Below, one piece after another: positions 40,878 through 50,423 of a DNA stretch of 64,000 bases. The notes under the pieces were generated by a model that saw nothing but the letters and a program-made list of their open reading frames with translations, did no database searches and was not told the DNA's origin. Position 1 is the first letter of the stretch; each line of letters begins with the position of its first letter. Position numbers and translations under genes: made by a program. Location of the stretch: positions 2,112,001 through 2,176,000 of the forward strand of contig OZ255721.1 of NCBI GenBank assembly GCA_965277285.1, in the 5' to 3' direction. The stretch is from Abditibacteriaceae bacterium (GTDB lineage Bacteria > Armatimonadota > Abditibacteriia > Abditibacteriales > Abditibacteriaceae).

Positions 40878-41504
40878 ATGGAAATGGAGAAAAAGCAAAA
40901 TGCCGTTCTTGAGGCGGCTTACAAAGGCGAATTTGACAACATACGAATCCTGTTGGAAAAAGACCCGGAACTTGCAAGAATGCAGGGCACACCGGAACAG
41001 TGGGAAGGTGCCACCCCGCTAACTCTAGCGGCGTTGGTCGGACATCTTGAAATTGCAACCTTGCTCCTAGAGCATGGTGCCAACGTCAATCCCGTTTCTC
41101 AAGATGGTTCCGCTTTACTTATGGCCGTTTGGGGTGGCCATTTGCCGATGGTGCAGCTACTCCTGAAACGCGGTGCAGATCCGAACGTAGCGTCGGCAAG
41201 CGGTGAAACTCCGCTGATGGCCGCAGCCTATAAAGGGTTTACAGAGGCTGGTCAGCTTTTGATAGAAGCGGGTGCAATCATCAATTCCCAGACCACAAGC
41301 GGCACAACTGACTTCTTTAAAACATCGCCACCCGTATGCGGAGAATCTGCCCTCCACTTAGCAGCAGCTTACGGCCACCAAAGTTTTGTTGAGCTACTCT
41401 TGTACAATGGTGCGGACATAAATATTAAAGATCATACAGGACAGATACCCAAGCATTGGGCCGCTCGTTATGGAAGCAATGAACTAATCGACTTGCTCAA
41501 ATAG
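40878..41504 (+). CDS. Ankyrin repeat protein (cassette)
   Basis: Repeated TPL.AA..G....LL..GA.VN units. Confidence 0.9.
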   Translation: MEMEKKQNAVLEAAYKGEFDNIRILLEKDPELARMQGTPEQWEGATPLTLAALVGHLEIATLLLEHGANVNPVSQDGSALLMAVWGGHLPMVQLLLKRGADPNVASASGETPLMAAAYKGFTEAGQLLIEAGAIINSQTTSGTTDFFKTSPPVCGESALHLAAAYGHQSFVELLLYNGADINIKDHTGQIPKHWAARYGSNELIDLLK

Positions 41505-41514
41505 ACTAATAGCC

Positions 41515-41599
41515 ACACAACAAAACGCTGCATCCGACCCCCTACATTCCTCGCTGGTTCCTCGCTCCGGCTTGCGGCGGGTGAGCTTAGTCGTTGTGC
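41515..41599 (+). repeat. attC site
   Basis: ACACAACAAAACGCTGCATCCGAC...GGCGGGTGAGCTTAGTCGTTGTGC. Confidence 0.85.
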
Positions 41600-41630
41600 T
41601 GCTTGCGCGCTACGTATAAAGTATGGCATA

Positions 41631-42167
41631 GTGGAATTTATGAAAAGCGCAAAGTCAACACGGAAACTGTTTGTTATCGGAACATTGGCAGCTTTTTTCC
41701 CTGTTGCCCTGGTTTGGTTTCAGGCGAATCGCCCCTATTCAGAACTTCCGCTCCGTGCCGAAACAGAACACGAGATGTTGAATCTATCCTACGAGCAAGG
41801 AAAAGGCGCTATTGATAAAGAGTTAAGGAAGCATGTCAGCAGTTACACGGCAAATGTAGACACACAAACACGCTGGCAAGAATTGCAGAGAACAATGATT
41901 GAACATGGTGCTGGCAAGCAAGAAGCACAGAACGTATTAGACTCCGCGCAGACTTACCTGCAAAGAGATGGGCGTGGCGTACCAAAACCTTATTGGCCGA
42001 TAGATGCCAGACGTGGTTGGGTAAAGAAAAAGCCAGTGTGGATAATTATTACGGCATGGCCATATCCACCGAAGGCGTCTGTTAATCCGCTCGCTCTGCC
42101 GTGGAGATATCAAATTAGTATTATTGATCCGGCAGACGTTATGAAGGTTGTGTTACGCAACGGTTAG
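41631..42167 (+). CDS. Hypothetical membrane-anchored protein (cassette)
   Basis: N-terminal TM; flanked by attC sites. Confidence 0.65.
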   Translation: MEFMKSAKSTRKLFVIGTLAAFFPVALVWFQANRPYSELPLRAETEHEMLNLSYEQGKGAIDKELRKHVSSYTANVDTQTRWQELQRTMIEHGAGKQEAQNVLDSAQTYLQRDGRGVPKPYWPIDARRGWVKKKPVWIIITAWPYPPKASVNPLALPWRYQISIIDPADVMKVVLRNG

Positions 42168-42240
42168 TTTATAGGGAGCACATTCGACCAGTCCTACAGA
42201 CATCTCTATGGCTAATCACTGTCGGATTGGCTAACAAGCA

Positions 42241-42318
42241 GCACAACAAAGCGTTGCACCCGACCGCTTACAGTCCGCTTCGCTCCCTTTCAGCGGCGGG
42301 TGAACTTGGTCGTTGTGC
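42241..42318 (+). repeat. attC site
   Basis: GCACAACAAAGCGTTGCACCCGAC...GGCGGGTGAACTTGGTCGTTGTGC. Confidence 0.88.
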
Positions 42319-42367
42319 TGCGGCGCGCGGCTTGACGGCACAGTCTCAGGCAGATACCATTCTTGCT

Positions 42368-43201
42368 ATGAACCTTCGGCATAATTTAGAGACAGTTCGT
42401 GCTTTACATCAGGCTTACGCAGACAAAACTCAATCGTCCTTCTCTGGGTTGGAGCAAATTCCAGGAAATCCGTATCAGGTTCAAATACGTAGTTTCGGTG
42501 CAACTCGAACCTTCATCGCTCGTGGACACGACTGGTCGAACCGTGTCACTCTAAATGGTGATGAAAGCTTTGAGCTAATTGAAGAGATTCTCTCCTACTA
42601 TGATGAGCACCAGCAAAAGTGCCACATAGAATGGAATCCTGCCATCTGCTATCGCCCGCAATCATGGAATGATGAACTCGGACATTATTTATTAAGCCGA
42701 GGATTCTCCCAGGGCGGATTTCGTTGTGTCTGGCATAGGTCAGCCACCGCAGAGGTCGCTCCAACGCCAAGTGGGCTAGTCATCCGCCATTTTGGTCCCG
42801 ATGAAGCAGGCCACTTCATCGATATTCTTATGGAGATGGAGAAGAAAGATGCTCAGGAAAGACGCACATTGGAACACAACATAGCCTTTGCTGAGGGCAG
42901 CGCCGAATGGCACCATTATATCGGCTATCTTGATGGCTCTCCTTGCTGCACTGCGACCCTATTTGAAAATGGCCACATCGGCTGTTTGGACTGGGGACAC
43001 ACATTAGCTGAATTTAGACGGCGCGGTTGCCATAAAGCACTGATTGAACGCCGTGTGTTAGATGCTCATAATGCTGGTTGTGAACAGGTGTTTGCTATAA
43101 CAGATTTCAATATTCCGAGTGCGGCTAATTTGCAGCACGCGGGATTCCAGTTGGCTTATAACTATGCCATGCGTATTCGAGAACCGTTGTCACAGCCATA
43201 A
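42368..43201 (+). CDS. GNAT family acetyltransferase (cassette)
   Basis: TLAEFRRRGCH...SAANLQHAGF; the ORF-track N-terminal extension is attC DNA. Confidence 0.8.
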   Translation: MNLRHNLETVRALHQAYADKTQSSFSGLEQIPGNPYQVQIRSFGATRTFIARGHDWSNRVTLNGDESFELIEEILSYYDEHQQKCHIEWNPAICYRPQSWNDELGHYLLSRGFSQGGFRCVWHRSATAEVAPTPSGLVIRHFGPDEAGHFIDILMEMEKKDAQERRTLEHNIAFAEGSAEWHHYIGYLDGSPCCTATLFENGHIGCLDWGHTLAEFRRRGCHKALIERRVLDAHNAGCEQVFAITDFNIPSAANLQHAGFQLAYNYAMRIREPLSQP

Positions 43202-43429
43202 AATTAGCAATAACCTGGTATCAGTTAACAAGTTGCCCAACAACGCGCAGTGCCTACCGCCCCACCGTTCCACCGCCACAAGCAACAGCGAGTACTCGAT
43301 CTGAGTACTCGCTGTTTTTCTGTCGTTTCAAATATCCGGCAAAACTTGCCCCGAGATGATGACCTGTATACTACCATTAGATGATGTTTTAGGAACATAG
43401 AATTAAAGAATGTTTGCGGTAAAACCCGC

Positions 43430-43541
43430 TTCTGGCGTACTTATGCCGCATGTCAAAATAACGAAAAAACGAGCAAATCCGCGATTTCATAGCATGTTTA
43501 GACGGCTAAACTGGAAGTTGCGGTATAAACAGATGTTGTAA
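43430..43541 (+). repeat. attC site of a different type, partial
   Basis: CTTATGCCGCA...TGCGGTATAAACAGAT-GTTGTAA; R' complementary to the R'' of the downstream cassette. Confidence 0.55.
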
Positions 43542-43592
43542 CGCTGCGCGCGGCGTTTCTAAAAGTCGTGCTTTCGATTAGAATAACAGCTT

Positions 43593-44303
43593 ATGTTTTA
43601 TGATCAGCAGGAATTTGAAGTTCGGTGCGAATGGGGAAAATTTGGCGTCACTGAGTTGGCACCCGTATCTGACGCTATAATTATTGTTGATGTCTTATCG
43701 TTTTCAACGTGTGTTGATATTGCCGTAGGAAATGGAGCCATTGTTTATCCATATCAATGGAAAGATGAATCCGCGTTTTCCTACGCAAAATCATTGGACG
43801 CCATCTTAGCCAACTTTGACAGAAAATTTGATACGGGCTACTCACTGGCTCCAACGTCCCTTCTTAACATTGCAAGCGGCACCCGTTTAGTTCTGCCTTC
43901 GCCAAATGGCTCATTGCTTTCGCTGGCGACCGGGCAAACACCAACCTTCGCTGGCTGTATCAGGAACGCTAAAGCTATAGCACATTCCGCTCAACAACTT
44001 GGTTCTCGTATCAGTTTAGTGCCTGCGGGCGAGAGGTGGCCCGATGGCAGCTTAAGACCGGCTTTTGAAGATTTGGTTGGTGCCGGAGCAATCATTCATT
44101 ACCTGTCTGGTAAACGGTCGCCGGAATCAGAACTCGCTGAAGGCGCTTTCCTGCACTTCAAAGATAATTTGAAGTCTTGCCTTAAGCGGTGCAGTTCTGG
44201 GAAAGAACTGATAAGTCGCGGTTTCGCAAGTGATGTGGATTTAGCCGCAGCCTTGAACCAAAGTCAGTTTTCTCCCAAATTGACGGACGGCGCTTACCAA
44301 TAA
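43593..44303 (+). CDS. 2-phosphosulfolactate phosphatase-like protein (cassette)
   Basis: IVDVLSFST, SLAP, LPSPNGS, AGERW, EDLVGAG. Confidence 0.85.
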   Translation: MFYDQQEFEVRCEWGKFGVTELAPVSDAIIIVDVLSFSTCVDIAVGNGAIVYPYQWKDESAFSYAKSLDAILANFDRKFDTGYSLAPTSLLNIASGTRLVLPSPNGSLLSLATGQTPTFAGCIRNAKAIAHSAQQLGSRISLVPAGERWPDGSLRPAFEDLVGAGAIIHYLSGKRSPESELAEGAFLHFKDNLKSCLKRCSSGKELISRGFASDVDLAAALNQSQFSPKLTDGAYQ

Positions 44304-44313
44304 ACAAACAGCG

Positions 44314-44418
44314 TTACAACAAGGCGCTGCACCCGACCGCCTACAGCTCCGTTCGTTTCGGTCGCAAGCTCCCTTCACTCTCTTCGCTTCCGGCGGCGGG
44401 TGAGCTTGGTCGTTAGCC
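44314..44418 (+). repeat. attC site
   Basis: TTACAACAAGGCGCTGCACCCGAC...GGCGGGTGAGCTTGGTCGTTAGCC. Confidence 0.9.
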
Positions 44419-44451
44419 CGCTGCGCGAAACTTTGCGGGAAGCGCGACATT

Positions 44452-44883
44452 ATGTTAATAAATAACTTCGTGGAATTGAACATCAGGGCGTATCAACCGA
44501 CGGATGAAGAACAGGTCATAAATCTGTGGCAAGAATGCTGTTTGGTCGTGCCTCAAAACAATCCGCAACGCGATATTCTTCTCAAGTTGCAAGTGCAACC
44601 GGAATTATTTTTAGTCGGTTTGGCCGGTTCTCAAATTGTTGCGTCCATTATGGCTGGATACGAAGGTCATAGAGGTTGGTTTAACTATCTGGCTGTTTCG
44701 CCTGATTTTCAGCGGCAAGGGATTGGTCGCCGCATGGTTGAAGCCGCAACAGCCAAACTTGAAGCAATGGGCTGTCCCAAAATAAACTTGCAAATTCGCA
44801 CTTCCAATACTGAAGTCATTGAGTTTTATAAGCGTATTGGCTTTACAATGGACAATGTGGTGAGCATGGGCAAGCGGCTCTAA
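44452..44883 (+). CDS. GNAT acetyltransferase, YpeA-like (cassette)
   Basis: MAGYEGHRGW.NYLAV, GCPKINLQIR, SMGKRL. Confidence 0.88.
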   Translation: MLINNFVELNIRAYQPTDEEQVINLWQECCLVVPQNNPQRDILLKLQVQPELFLVGLAGSQIVASIMAGYEGHRGWFNYLAVSPDFQRQGIGRRMVEAATAKLEAMGCPKINLQIRTSNTEVIEFYKRIGFTMDNVVSMGKRL

Positions 44884-44910
44884 AGATGCAACTGCGACGC
44901 ACTAACAGCG

Positions 44911-44998
44911 GGCTAACAAGGCGCTGCACCCGACCTCCTACAGCCTGCGCTCGTTCCTCGCTTCGGCTTTCGGCGGCGGGTGAGCTTAGTCGTTCTGC
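44911..44998 (+). repeat. attC site
   Basis: GGCTAACAAGGCGCTGCACCCGAC...GGCGGGTGAGCTTAGTCGTTCTGC. Confidence 0.9.
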
Positions 44999-45062
44999 TG
45001 CGGCGCGCGGCGAAACGGGAGCCGATGAACATATACTTCTGGAAATGAGATATGCCCACTTA

Positions 45063-45943
45063 AAGCCTATCCGAATAGGTTGGTAAACTGCGTGGCATGA
45101 AACATGAAATTCCGGTTCAAGAGTTTGTGATTTCGGATATGTTGTGGGAGTTGATCGAGCCGTTGTTACCGGTTCGCTAAAAGCCAGTGCATCCTTTAGG
45201 CTGCCATCGCCCGCGTGTTCCTGACCGTCAGGTCTTGAATGGCATCTTCTTCGTGCTGCGAACAGGCTGCCAGTGGAAAGCTTTGGATGCCACCGGCATT
45301 TGTTCGGGTTCAACAGCCCACGCGCGCTTTCAGGAGTGGGAGCAAGATGGCTTCTTCGTGCGCTTGTGGGAAGCGGCTTTGTGCGATTACGATGAACTCG
45401 TTGGCCTGGACTGGAGTTGGCTGGCACTCGATGGCGCAATGACTAAAGCGCCCTTGGGTGGGAAAAAAACCGGACCCAATCCCTGCGACCGCGCCAAAGG
45501 CGGCGTCAAAAGAAGCCTGCTGACTGAAGCTGCAGGGATTTCCGTGGGGCTGGAGATCGAAGGCGCCAACCGTCACGACATGAAACTGGTGGCGGCGACT
45601 TTGGCTAGTGTGACCCCAGTGGTTGAGGATAAGAGACTTTGTCATATGGCTCAGGGATGTGATCAGGACTTATGCCTGGATGCCGGTTATGACTACGACG
45701 AAGTGCGTGAGATTGCCCAAGCCTTTGGCTACACCACCCACATTCGACCGCGAGGCGAGGAAGTCCAGGCCAAACAAGTGGGAAAGAAAGCACGACGCTG
45801 GGTGGTGGAGAGAACGCATAGCTGGATCAACCGTTATCGCCGCTTGTTGGTCAGGTGGGAAAAGAAAGCCCAGAACTATCTGGCCATGCTGCACTTGGCC
45901 TGCGCACTCATTACTTGGAATCAATGCCTTTTCGGATAGACTC
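45063..45943 (+). mobile_element. IS5-family element (IS1031/IS427-like); transposase has an in-frame stop
   Basis: TIRs AAGCCTATCCGAATAGG / GAGTCTATCCGAAAAGG; TTA on both flanks; LRTGCQW, DAGYD, RWVVERTHSW; ATG at 45097 is in frame but hits TAA at 45178. Confidence 0.85.
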
Positions 45944-46050
45944 TTAATTGGCATAATAGCGCATTCTGTACATACAGAGCAGGGTTTGTATTCAGGTGAA
46001 GCTCGGCAACATCGTGGTTTTAAGTGTCAAGGATATTATTGCCTAAATTA
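45944..46050. mobile_element. MITE-like element, inverted copy of 36598-36692
   Basis: 69/72 identity of the core in opposite orientation. Confidence 0.6.
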
Positions 46051-46161
46051 AATAGACAACCGACGCAGAGCAGCCAGGCACGAAGCCGTATTTCACGGCA
46101 CGGGCCAGTAGTGAGGCGTTTGAACGCCTATATTGCGAGACTATGACAAAGTGAGGGCAAG

Positions 46162-46995
46162 ATGAGCGAGTTTGGCAGCAACACGCCAGCAAATGACGTT
46201 GAAGGCCAGACTCATTATGAGGACGGTCAAGACCTCAGATTTGTGCCACCCCCGACCAGGATTTCGGTACCGTTGCCGTATTTAATAACGCCAGCAGGTC
46301 GTGATCTGTTTCTATCAGGTGAGAGGACGAAATTTGAAGCACTGCCAAACACAGACGATGCTTTCCTGTTCTATAGTTGTATCGTTCACTCTAAAATTGA
46401 GGAATTCTTTAGTTTCTACAAGCTTATGACGGAGGCGGCGCAATGGCATTCCGCTGTCAAAGACCATTGCCGCGACTATTTTGTTTTACGGATTTTGCCG
46501 GATTTTTCGGAACCTATCATGGACACTCCGGCAGACCGGATTATCGGCGGTTTTACATTCACGATACCAGTACAATTTCAGCCGATGCCGGACGGATTTG
46601 CTTTCCTTGTGCACCAAGAAATCTTTCGCGTGCAGGTACAGGACGAGCGACAGCCAGACAACGTAGATCGCCAAGTTGCCGGTATTCGGGAGCGAAACGA
46701 ACGCTTGGGCTTTCAGATGCCTTCAGTATTGCGCGCCGTTTCGCAGTTTCAATCGAATAGCATAGCCTATCAAGAGCAAATCACGATAATGCACGACAAC
46801 ACCGGCAGTGGCGCTACGCCGAAGCTCTTAGCGCGTGAATACGAGATCAATCTCGACACGATGCACCACCATTTAGATGAAGCCATCCGGCGCGGTGTCA
46901 TCAACCAAAAAAAGAACTTTAGCACCGAAGAAGTAGAGCGGCTCCGTCCTTTTCTAAATGTCAAGGTGCGTTCAAAGAAGCCACCACAAAGTTAA
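46162..46995 (+). CDS. Hypothetical protein
   Basis: 277 aa ORF; possible HTH near the C-terminus. Confidence 0.55.
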   Translation: MSEFGSNTPANDVEGQTHYEDGQDLRFVPPPTRISVPLPYLITPAGRDLFLSGERTKFEALPNTDDAFLFYSCIVHSKIEEFFSFYKLMTEAAQWHSAVKDHCRDYFVLRILPDFSEPIMDTPADRIIGGFTFTIPVQFQPMPDGFAFLVHQEIFRVQVQDERQPDNVDRQVAGIRERNERLGFQMPSVLRAVSQFQSNSIAYQEQITIMHDNTGSGATPKLLAREYEINLDTMHHHLDEAIRRGVINQKKNFSTEEVERLRPFLNVKVRSKKPPQS

Positions 46996-47102
46996 TGCGG
47001 TTCCTATGCGGTTTTCTTAAAAGAACAACAAAAACGACAATAAGCTAAATGGCGCATGGAGAAAAAATCTCCATGCGCCATTTTTGTTTATAAGGCGGCG
47101 AG

Positions 47103-47309
47103 ATGAACAATCTAAAGGAGATCAGAGACGAGCAAGGCTGCCGAATGTGGGAATTGGCAGCACGTTGCGGCGTGTCCGCTTCTACATTATCAGCAATCGA
47201 ACGCTACAACTATCGACCGCGTGAGGCGACGAGGAGCCGTATCGCCGCAGCTTTGGGCGTTGATGCCATACAAATTTGGCCATTGCCCGAAAAGGCGGAA
47301 ACACAATGA
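47103..47309 (+). CDS. XRE/Cro-type HTH protein
   Basis: LKEIR...ELAARCGVSASTLSAIER...IAAALG. Confidence 0.85.
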   Translation: MNNLKEIRDEQGCRMWELAARCGVSASTLSAIERYNYRPREATRSRIAAALGVDAIQIWPLPEKAETQ

Positions 47310-47500
47310 AACCCGCACGCGTGAGCGCCACACGCCCTGAAACGCAACCGAATCCCGCATGGATTTCGTTTTTTCAAGAGGCACTGCGTTTGTCGGCGCT
47401 CGCGCGTAGCCGTCGTGAAGAAGCAAGTGACACCGAGACACAACAGATGGGTAGAGCGCAAACAGAATGCGCTTCCACCGGCAACGATGAGCGCCAGTAA
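47306..47500 (+). CDS. Small hypothetical protein
   Basis: ATGA overlap with the HTH stop. Confidence 0.4.
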   Translation: MKPARVSATRPETQPNPAWISFFQEALRLSALARSRREEASDTETQQMGRAQTECASTGNDERQ

Positions 47501-47536
47501 GTTCAAGCATTAGACAGACACGACAAAGAGCAAATT

Positions 47537-49675
47537 GTGTCCAATTCCCGCATGCCACAGGCCAAAGACGTTCTCACAGGTGCCGTCAATGGCGCGCACC
47601 CAACGCAGCAAAACGGACACATCGAGTACTCGATTGGCGCCACAACACCCGCTGATCTTGCAGTACGCTACAACCTCAAGCGCGAAACCGCAAACGGCAA
47701 AGTCGAATATCACGGCCCCAATCCTTTTGATAAAGCCGGTGCGAAAGACGACGGCTTTATCCTCAACGACGACGGCACGGCTTGGGATCGTTCATTAGAT
47801 CGGCGTTATACAAGCCCCGAAGTTGCCGCACTTTTTGGAATTTCGCGCAACCAATACGAGCCGTGCCACGCATACCAAGAGCGCAACGATCATAACAACA
47901 GCCACAGCAACGGCTACTCAAACGGTCATACGTCGCCAATGCGCGCCACCGCGCCACAGCCACAGAAAACCCGCAAAACACTCGATACTCGCACGCTTGC
48001 AGAGCGCGGCATCACGCCCGAAACGATGCAAGCTTTTGGCATCACACACGACAAAAACGAACGTGATGGCGCTTTTGTCAAATATCCAACGCATCACCCA
48101 AACGGAGAGCGCGGGCGCGACCGCTTGAAGTATCAGCATCCCGACCGTGCAGGGACACCCGACAAACCAATAAAAAATATCTGGACAAAAACAGGCGGTG
48201 AAGGCATTCCGTGCGGCTACGGTTTAGAGCACGTACAGCGCGGCGATGATGTTTTTTTGGTCAACGGCGAGGTATCGGTTTGGTCATGCCACGAGAAAGG
48301 AATTAAAGCCGTTTGCCCTTTGGGAGAAGCGCGCAATCCTGAACCCTACCTAAAAGCACTGCAAGAACGCGGCGCGGCATCAATTCGCATCGTGTTCGAC
48401 AATGACATCACAGGGCGCACAGCCACAGAAAACACACTTCGCGCCGCGCGTGCCATTGGATTAACCGCAACCGCACACACTTGGCCGTCAGGATCGAAAG
48501 AAGGCGCCGACGTTTCCGATTTATACGAGCAATGCCAAAAAGACGGGCGCGAGTTTCTTGCAGCCCTTGAAACGTTGCCGATCTGGACACCGGAAGCGGA
48601 CGCGCCCAACGAATCGAGTACTCGAAAAGAGAAGCAGAGCGCAGAAAACAAAACCGAAAAAGAAGTTAAAGAATTTGTGTTCGAGTACTCGACAGATGCC
48701 GATCTCGACAGCCGACTAACTGGCATCGAATGGCTTTGGGAGGGTTACATTCCACGCGGCTTTGTTACCGGCCTTGTTGCCGACCAAGACCAAGGAAAAA
48801 GCACGGTCGCGCAAAACTTTTGCGACATTGTTTTGCGCGGCACTCGATGGCCGGACGGCCAACCACATACGCCAGCACCCAATACAAAACTTCTTTGGTT
48901 AGATACGGAAGGCTCAATAGCATTATTCCATGACCGCGTGAAGCAATGGAAAATGCCGCGAGGCCGTTTCATCTTGCCGCCCGATCCGTTGCAAGAATTG
49001 ACAGTAGACGACTTCGAGTGCTGGATGTGGATTGAAGCAGCAATTGAAAAGTTTCACCCGCCGCTTGTTGTTGTGGACGCCCTAAGCGGCGCACACAGAG
49101 GCAAAGAAAACGGCAACGATGAAATGAAACTCGTTATGAAAAAGCTGGCAGGGCTTGCGCAAAAGCACAATATCGCAGTTCTGGTTATCCATCATTTAGG
49201 CAAGCCTACACCAGGCGACCCAACATTTCCTATTTCGATTCATCGCTTGCGCGGCGCATCAGCAATTTCACAATATTGCCGCTCGATTTTAGCCGTTGGG
49301 ACGCCCGACACCGCAAGGCCAGAGGCGCGTAGGCTTGATGTAATCAAACTCAATCTTGCACGCAAACCCGCGCCCGTTGGATATGAGCTAACCGATGTTG
49401 GGCCAGCATGGGGCAAAGCACCCGAAGCGCCAAAACAACGCCGTGCTATTGATGACGCGATGGACTTCTTAGAAATTGCGTTGTCCAATGGTATGCGGCC
49501 TTCCGATGAAGTCACGGAAGAAGCCAAAGCCAACAACATAGGTTCCAATGCGTTGATGGATGCTCGCAAGGTCATGGGCATTAAAGCAAAGCATGAAGGC
49601 GGAAAAAATGGCCGATGGTTCTGGATTCCACCACAAAAAACGGTTAAAGCCTTTAACGAAGGCGAGGAGCAATAA
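47537..49675 (+). CDS. Primase-helicase (Toprim plus RecA-like AAA_25 domain)
   Basis: ERGI, LVNGE, VFDNDITG, GADVSD; WLWEGYIP, DQDQGKST, VVVDAL, IHHLGK, LRGASA. Confidence 0.82.
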   Translation: MSNSRMPQAKDVLTGAVNGAHPTQQNGHIEYSIGATTPADLAVRYNLKRETANGKVEYHGPNPFDKAGAKDDGFILNDDGTAWDRSLDRRYTSPEVAALFGISRNQYEPCHAYQERNDHNNSHSNGYSNGHTSPMRATAPQPQKTRKTLDTRTLAERGITPETMQAFGITHDKNERDGAFVKYPTHHPNGERGRDRLKYQHPDRAGTPDKPIKNIWTKTGGEGIPCGYGLEHVQRGDDVFLVNGEVSVWSCHEKGIKAVCPLGEARNPEPYLKALQERGAASIRIVFDNDITGRTATENTLRAARAIGLTATAHTWPSGSKEGADVSDLYEQCQKDGREFLAALETLPIWTPEADAPNESSTRKEKQSAENKTEKEVKEFVFEYSTDADLDSRLTGIEWLWEGYIPRGFVTGLVADQDQGKSTVAQNFCDIVLRGTRWPDGQPHTPAPNTKLLWLDTEGSIALFHDRVKQWKMPRGRFILPPDPLQELTVDDFECWMWIEAAIEKFHPPLVVVDALSGAHRGKENGNDEMKLVMKKLAGLAQKHNIAVLVIHHLGKPTPGDPTFPISIHRLRGASAISQYCRSILAVGTPDTARPEARRLDVIKLNLARKPAPVGYELTDVGPAWGKAPEAPKQRRAIDDAMDFLEIALSNGMRPSDEVTEEAKANNIGSNALMDARKVMGIKAKHEGGKNGRWFWIPPQKTVKAFNEGEEQ

Positions 49676-49702
49676 AAAAGTAAAGTCGCGCGCGCGTATA
49701 CA

Positions 49703-49780
49703 AAAACGGTAATTTCTTTAAGCTCTTTAACGCCTTTAGAAGCTCTAAACCATTAAAGAGCTTAAAGAAATTACCGTTTT
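49703..49780. other. Putative replication origin: 28-bp perfect inverted repeat with internal CTTTA iterations
   Basis: AAAACGGTAATTTCTTTAAGCTCTTTAA / TTAAAGAGCTTAAAGAAATTACCGTTTT just after the primase-helicase stop. Confidence 0.6.
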
Positions 49781-50017
49781 ACCTATACGCGCGAAAAGAA
49801 GAACCCGCAGGCCGACAGTGAGGTTTGTAAAATGCGCGAAATTGACGACGACCGCGCCATATTCGGCGACGAGGAGGAAGCAGCTTAGAAAGGGCGCGCA
49901 AGCAGTTTGCGGGAGCGTCGCGCTTTGGCACTCGCTGTAAATTATTTGCGCCGTCGCAATTAGGTTTTCATTGTTTGCACTAATACGAAGTAAAACGCGG
50001 CGAAAAGGAGTTGAAAA

Positions 50018-50416
50018 ATGATGAAGAATCATTCTATTTTGCTTGATGAAAATGAACTCATTTGGTTACATGACCCAGCCCTATTTCCGTTCGTAAGACA
50101 AGGCTGGCTTGCAATGGCAGGCCGAAACCGCGCCGTCAGTTTGAGCGGTGACAGGGAAAAGGTTTTGATCGGCTACATGACGCTCAAACCCAAAGCGGAG
50201 GGTTTAGGGCAAGGCCGATTTTTCCGCAGGTTCTTCTATTTGTCGTCGTGGGATCATCAGGGAAATACAGTTGAGTATTTACCGTGCGAAAGTGTCGATC
50301 CGTTCACCGTTTCCGCAAAAATCGAAGGACAACAAACGGAAAGATGCCACATTCCGACGACACTGGAACAGCGAAAAGTAATCAAAAGCCTTTTTGCTGC
50401 GAAGAAAAAGAAGTGA
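50018..50416 (+). CDS. DUF6009-like mobile element protein
   Basis: E..LIWL.DP..F.FVRQ...IGY...RRFFYL...P.ESVDP pattern, recalled rather than searched. Confidence 0.5.
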   Translation: MMKNHSILLDENELIWLHDPALFPFVRQGWLAMAGRNRAVSLSGDREKVLIGYMTLKPKAEGLGQGRFFRRFFYLSSWDHQGNTVEYLPCESVDPFTVSAKIEGQQTERCHIPTTLEQRKVIKSLFAAKKKK

Positions 50417-50423
50417 GCGAACC

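Larger units (their letters stand above)
35414..44998 (+). mobile_element. Integron gene-cassette array without intI in the window (CALIN-like)
   Basis: 13 short co-oriented genes, most followed by 60-105 bp imperfect palindromes of the form ..AAC AAGGCGCTGCACCCGAC...GGCGGGTGAGCTTGGTC GTT.. Confidence 0.88.

Noticed and set aside
37325..42367. N-terminal extensions of ORFs starting at 37325, 38698 and 42227
   Set aside because: They run through attC DNA; downstream ATGs fit better
36560..45000. CRISPR array interpretation of the recurring repeats
   Set aside because: Repeats are long imperfect palindromes separated by whole genes, and there are no cas genes; they fit attC sites
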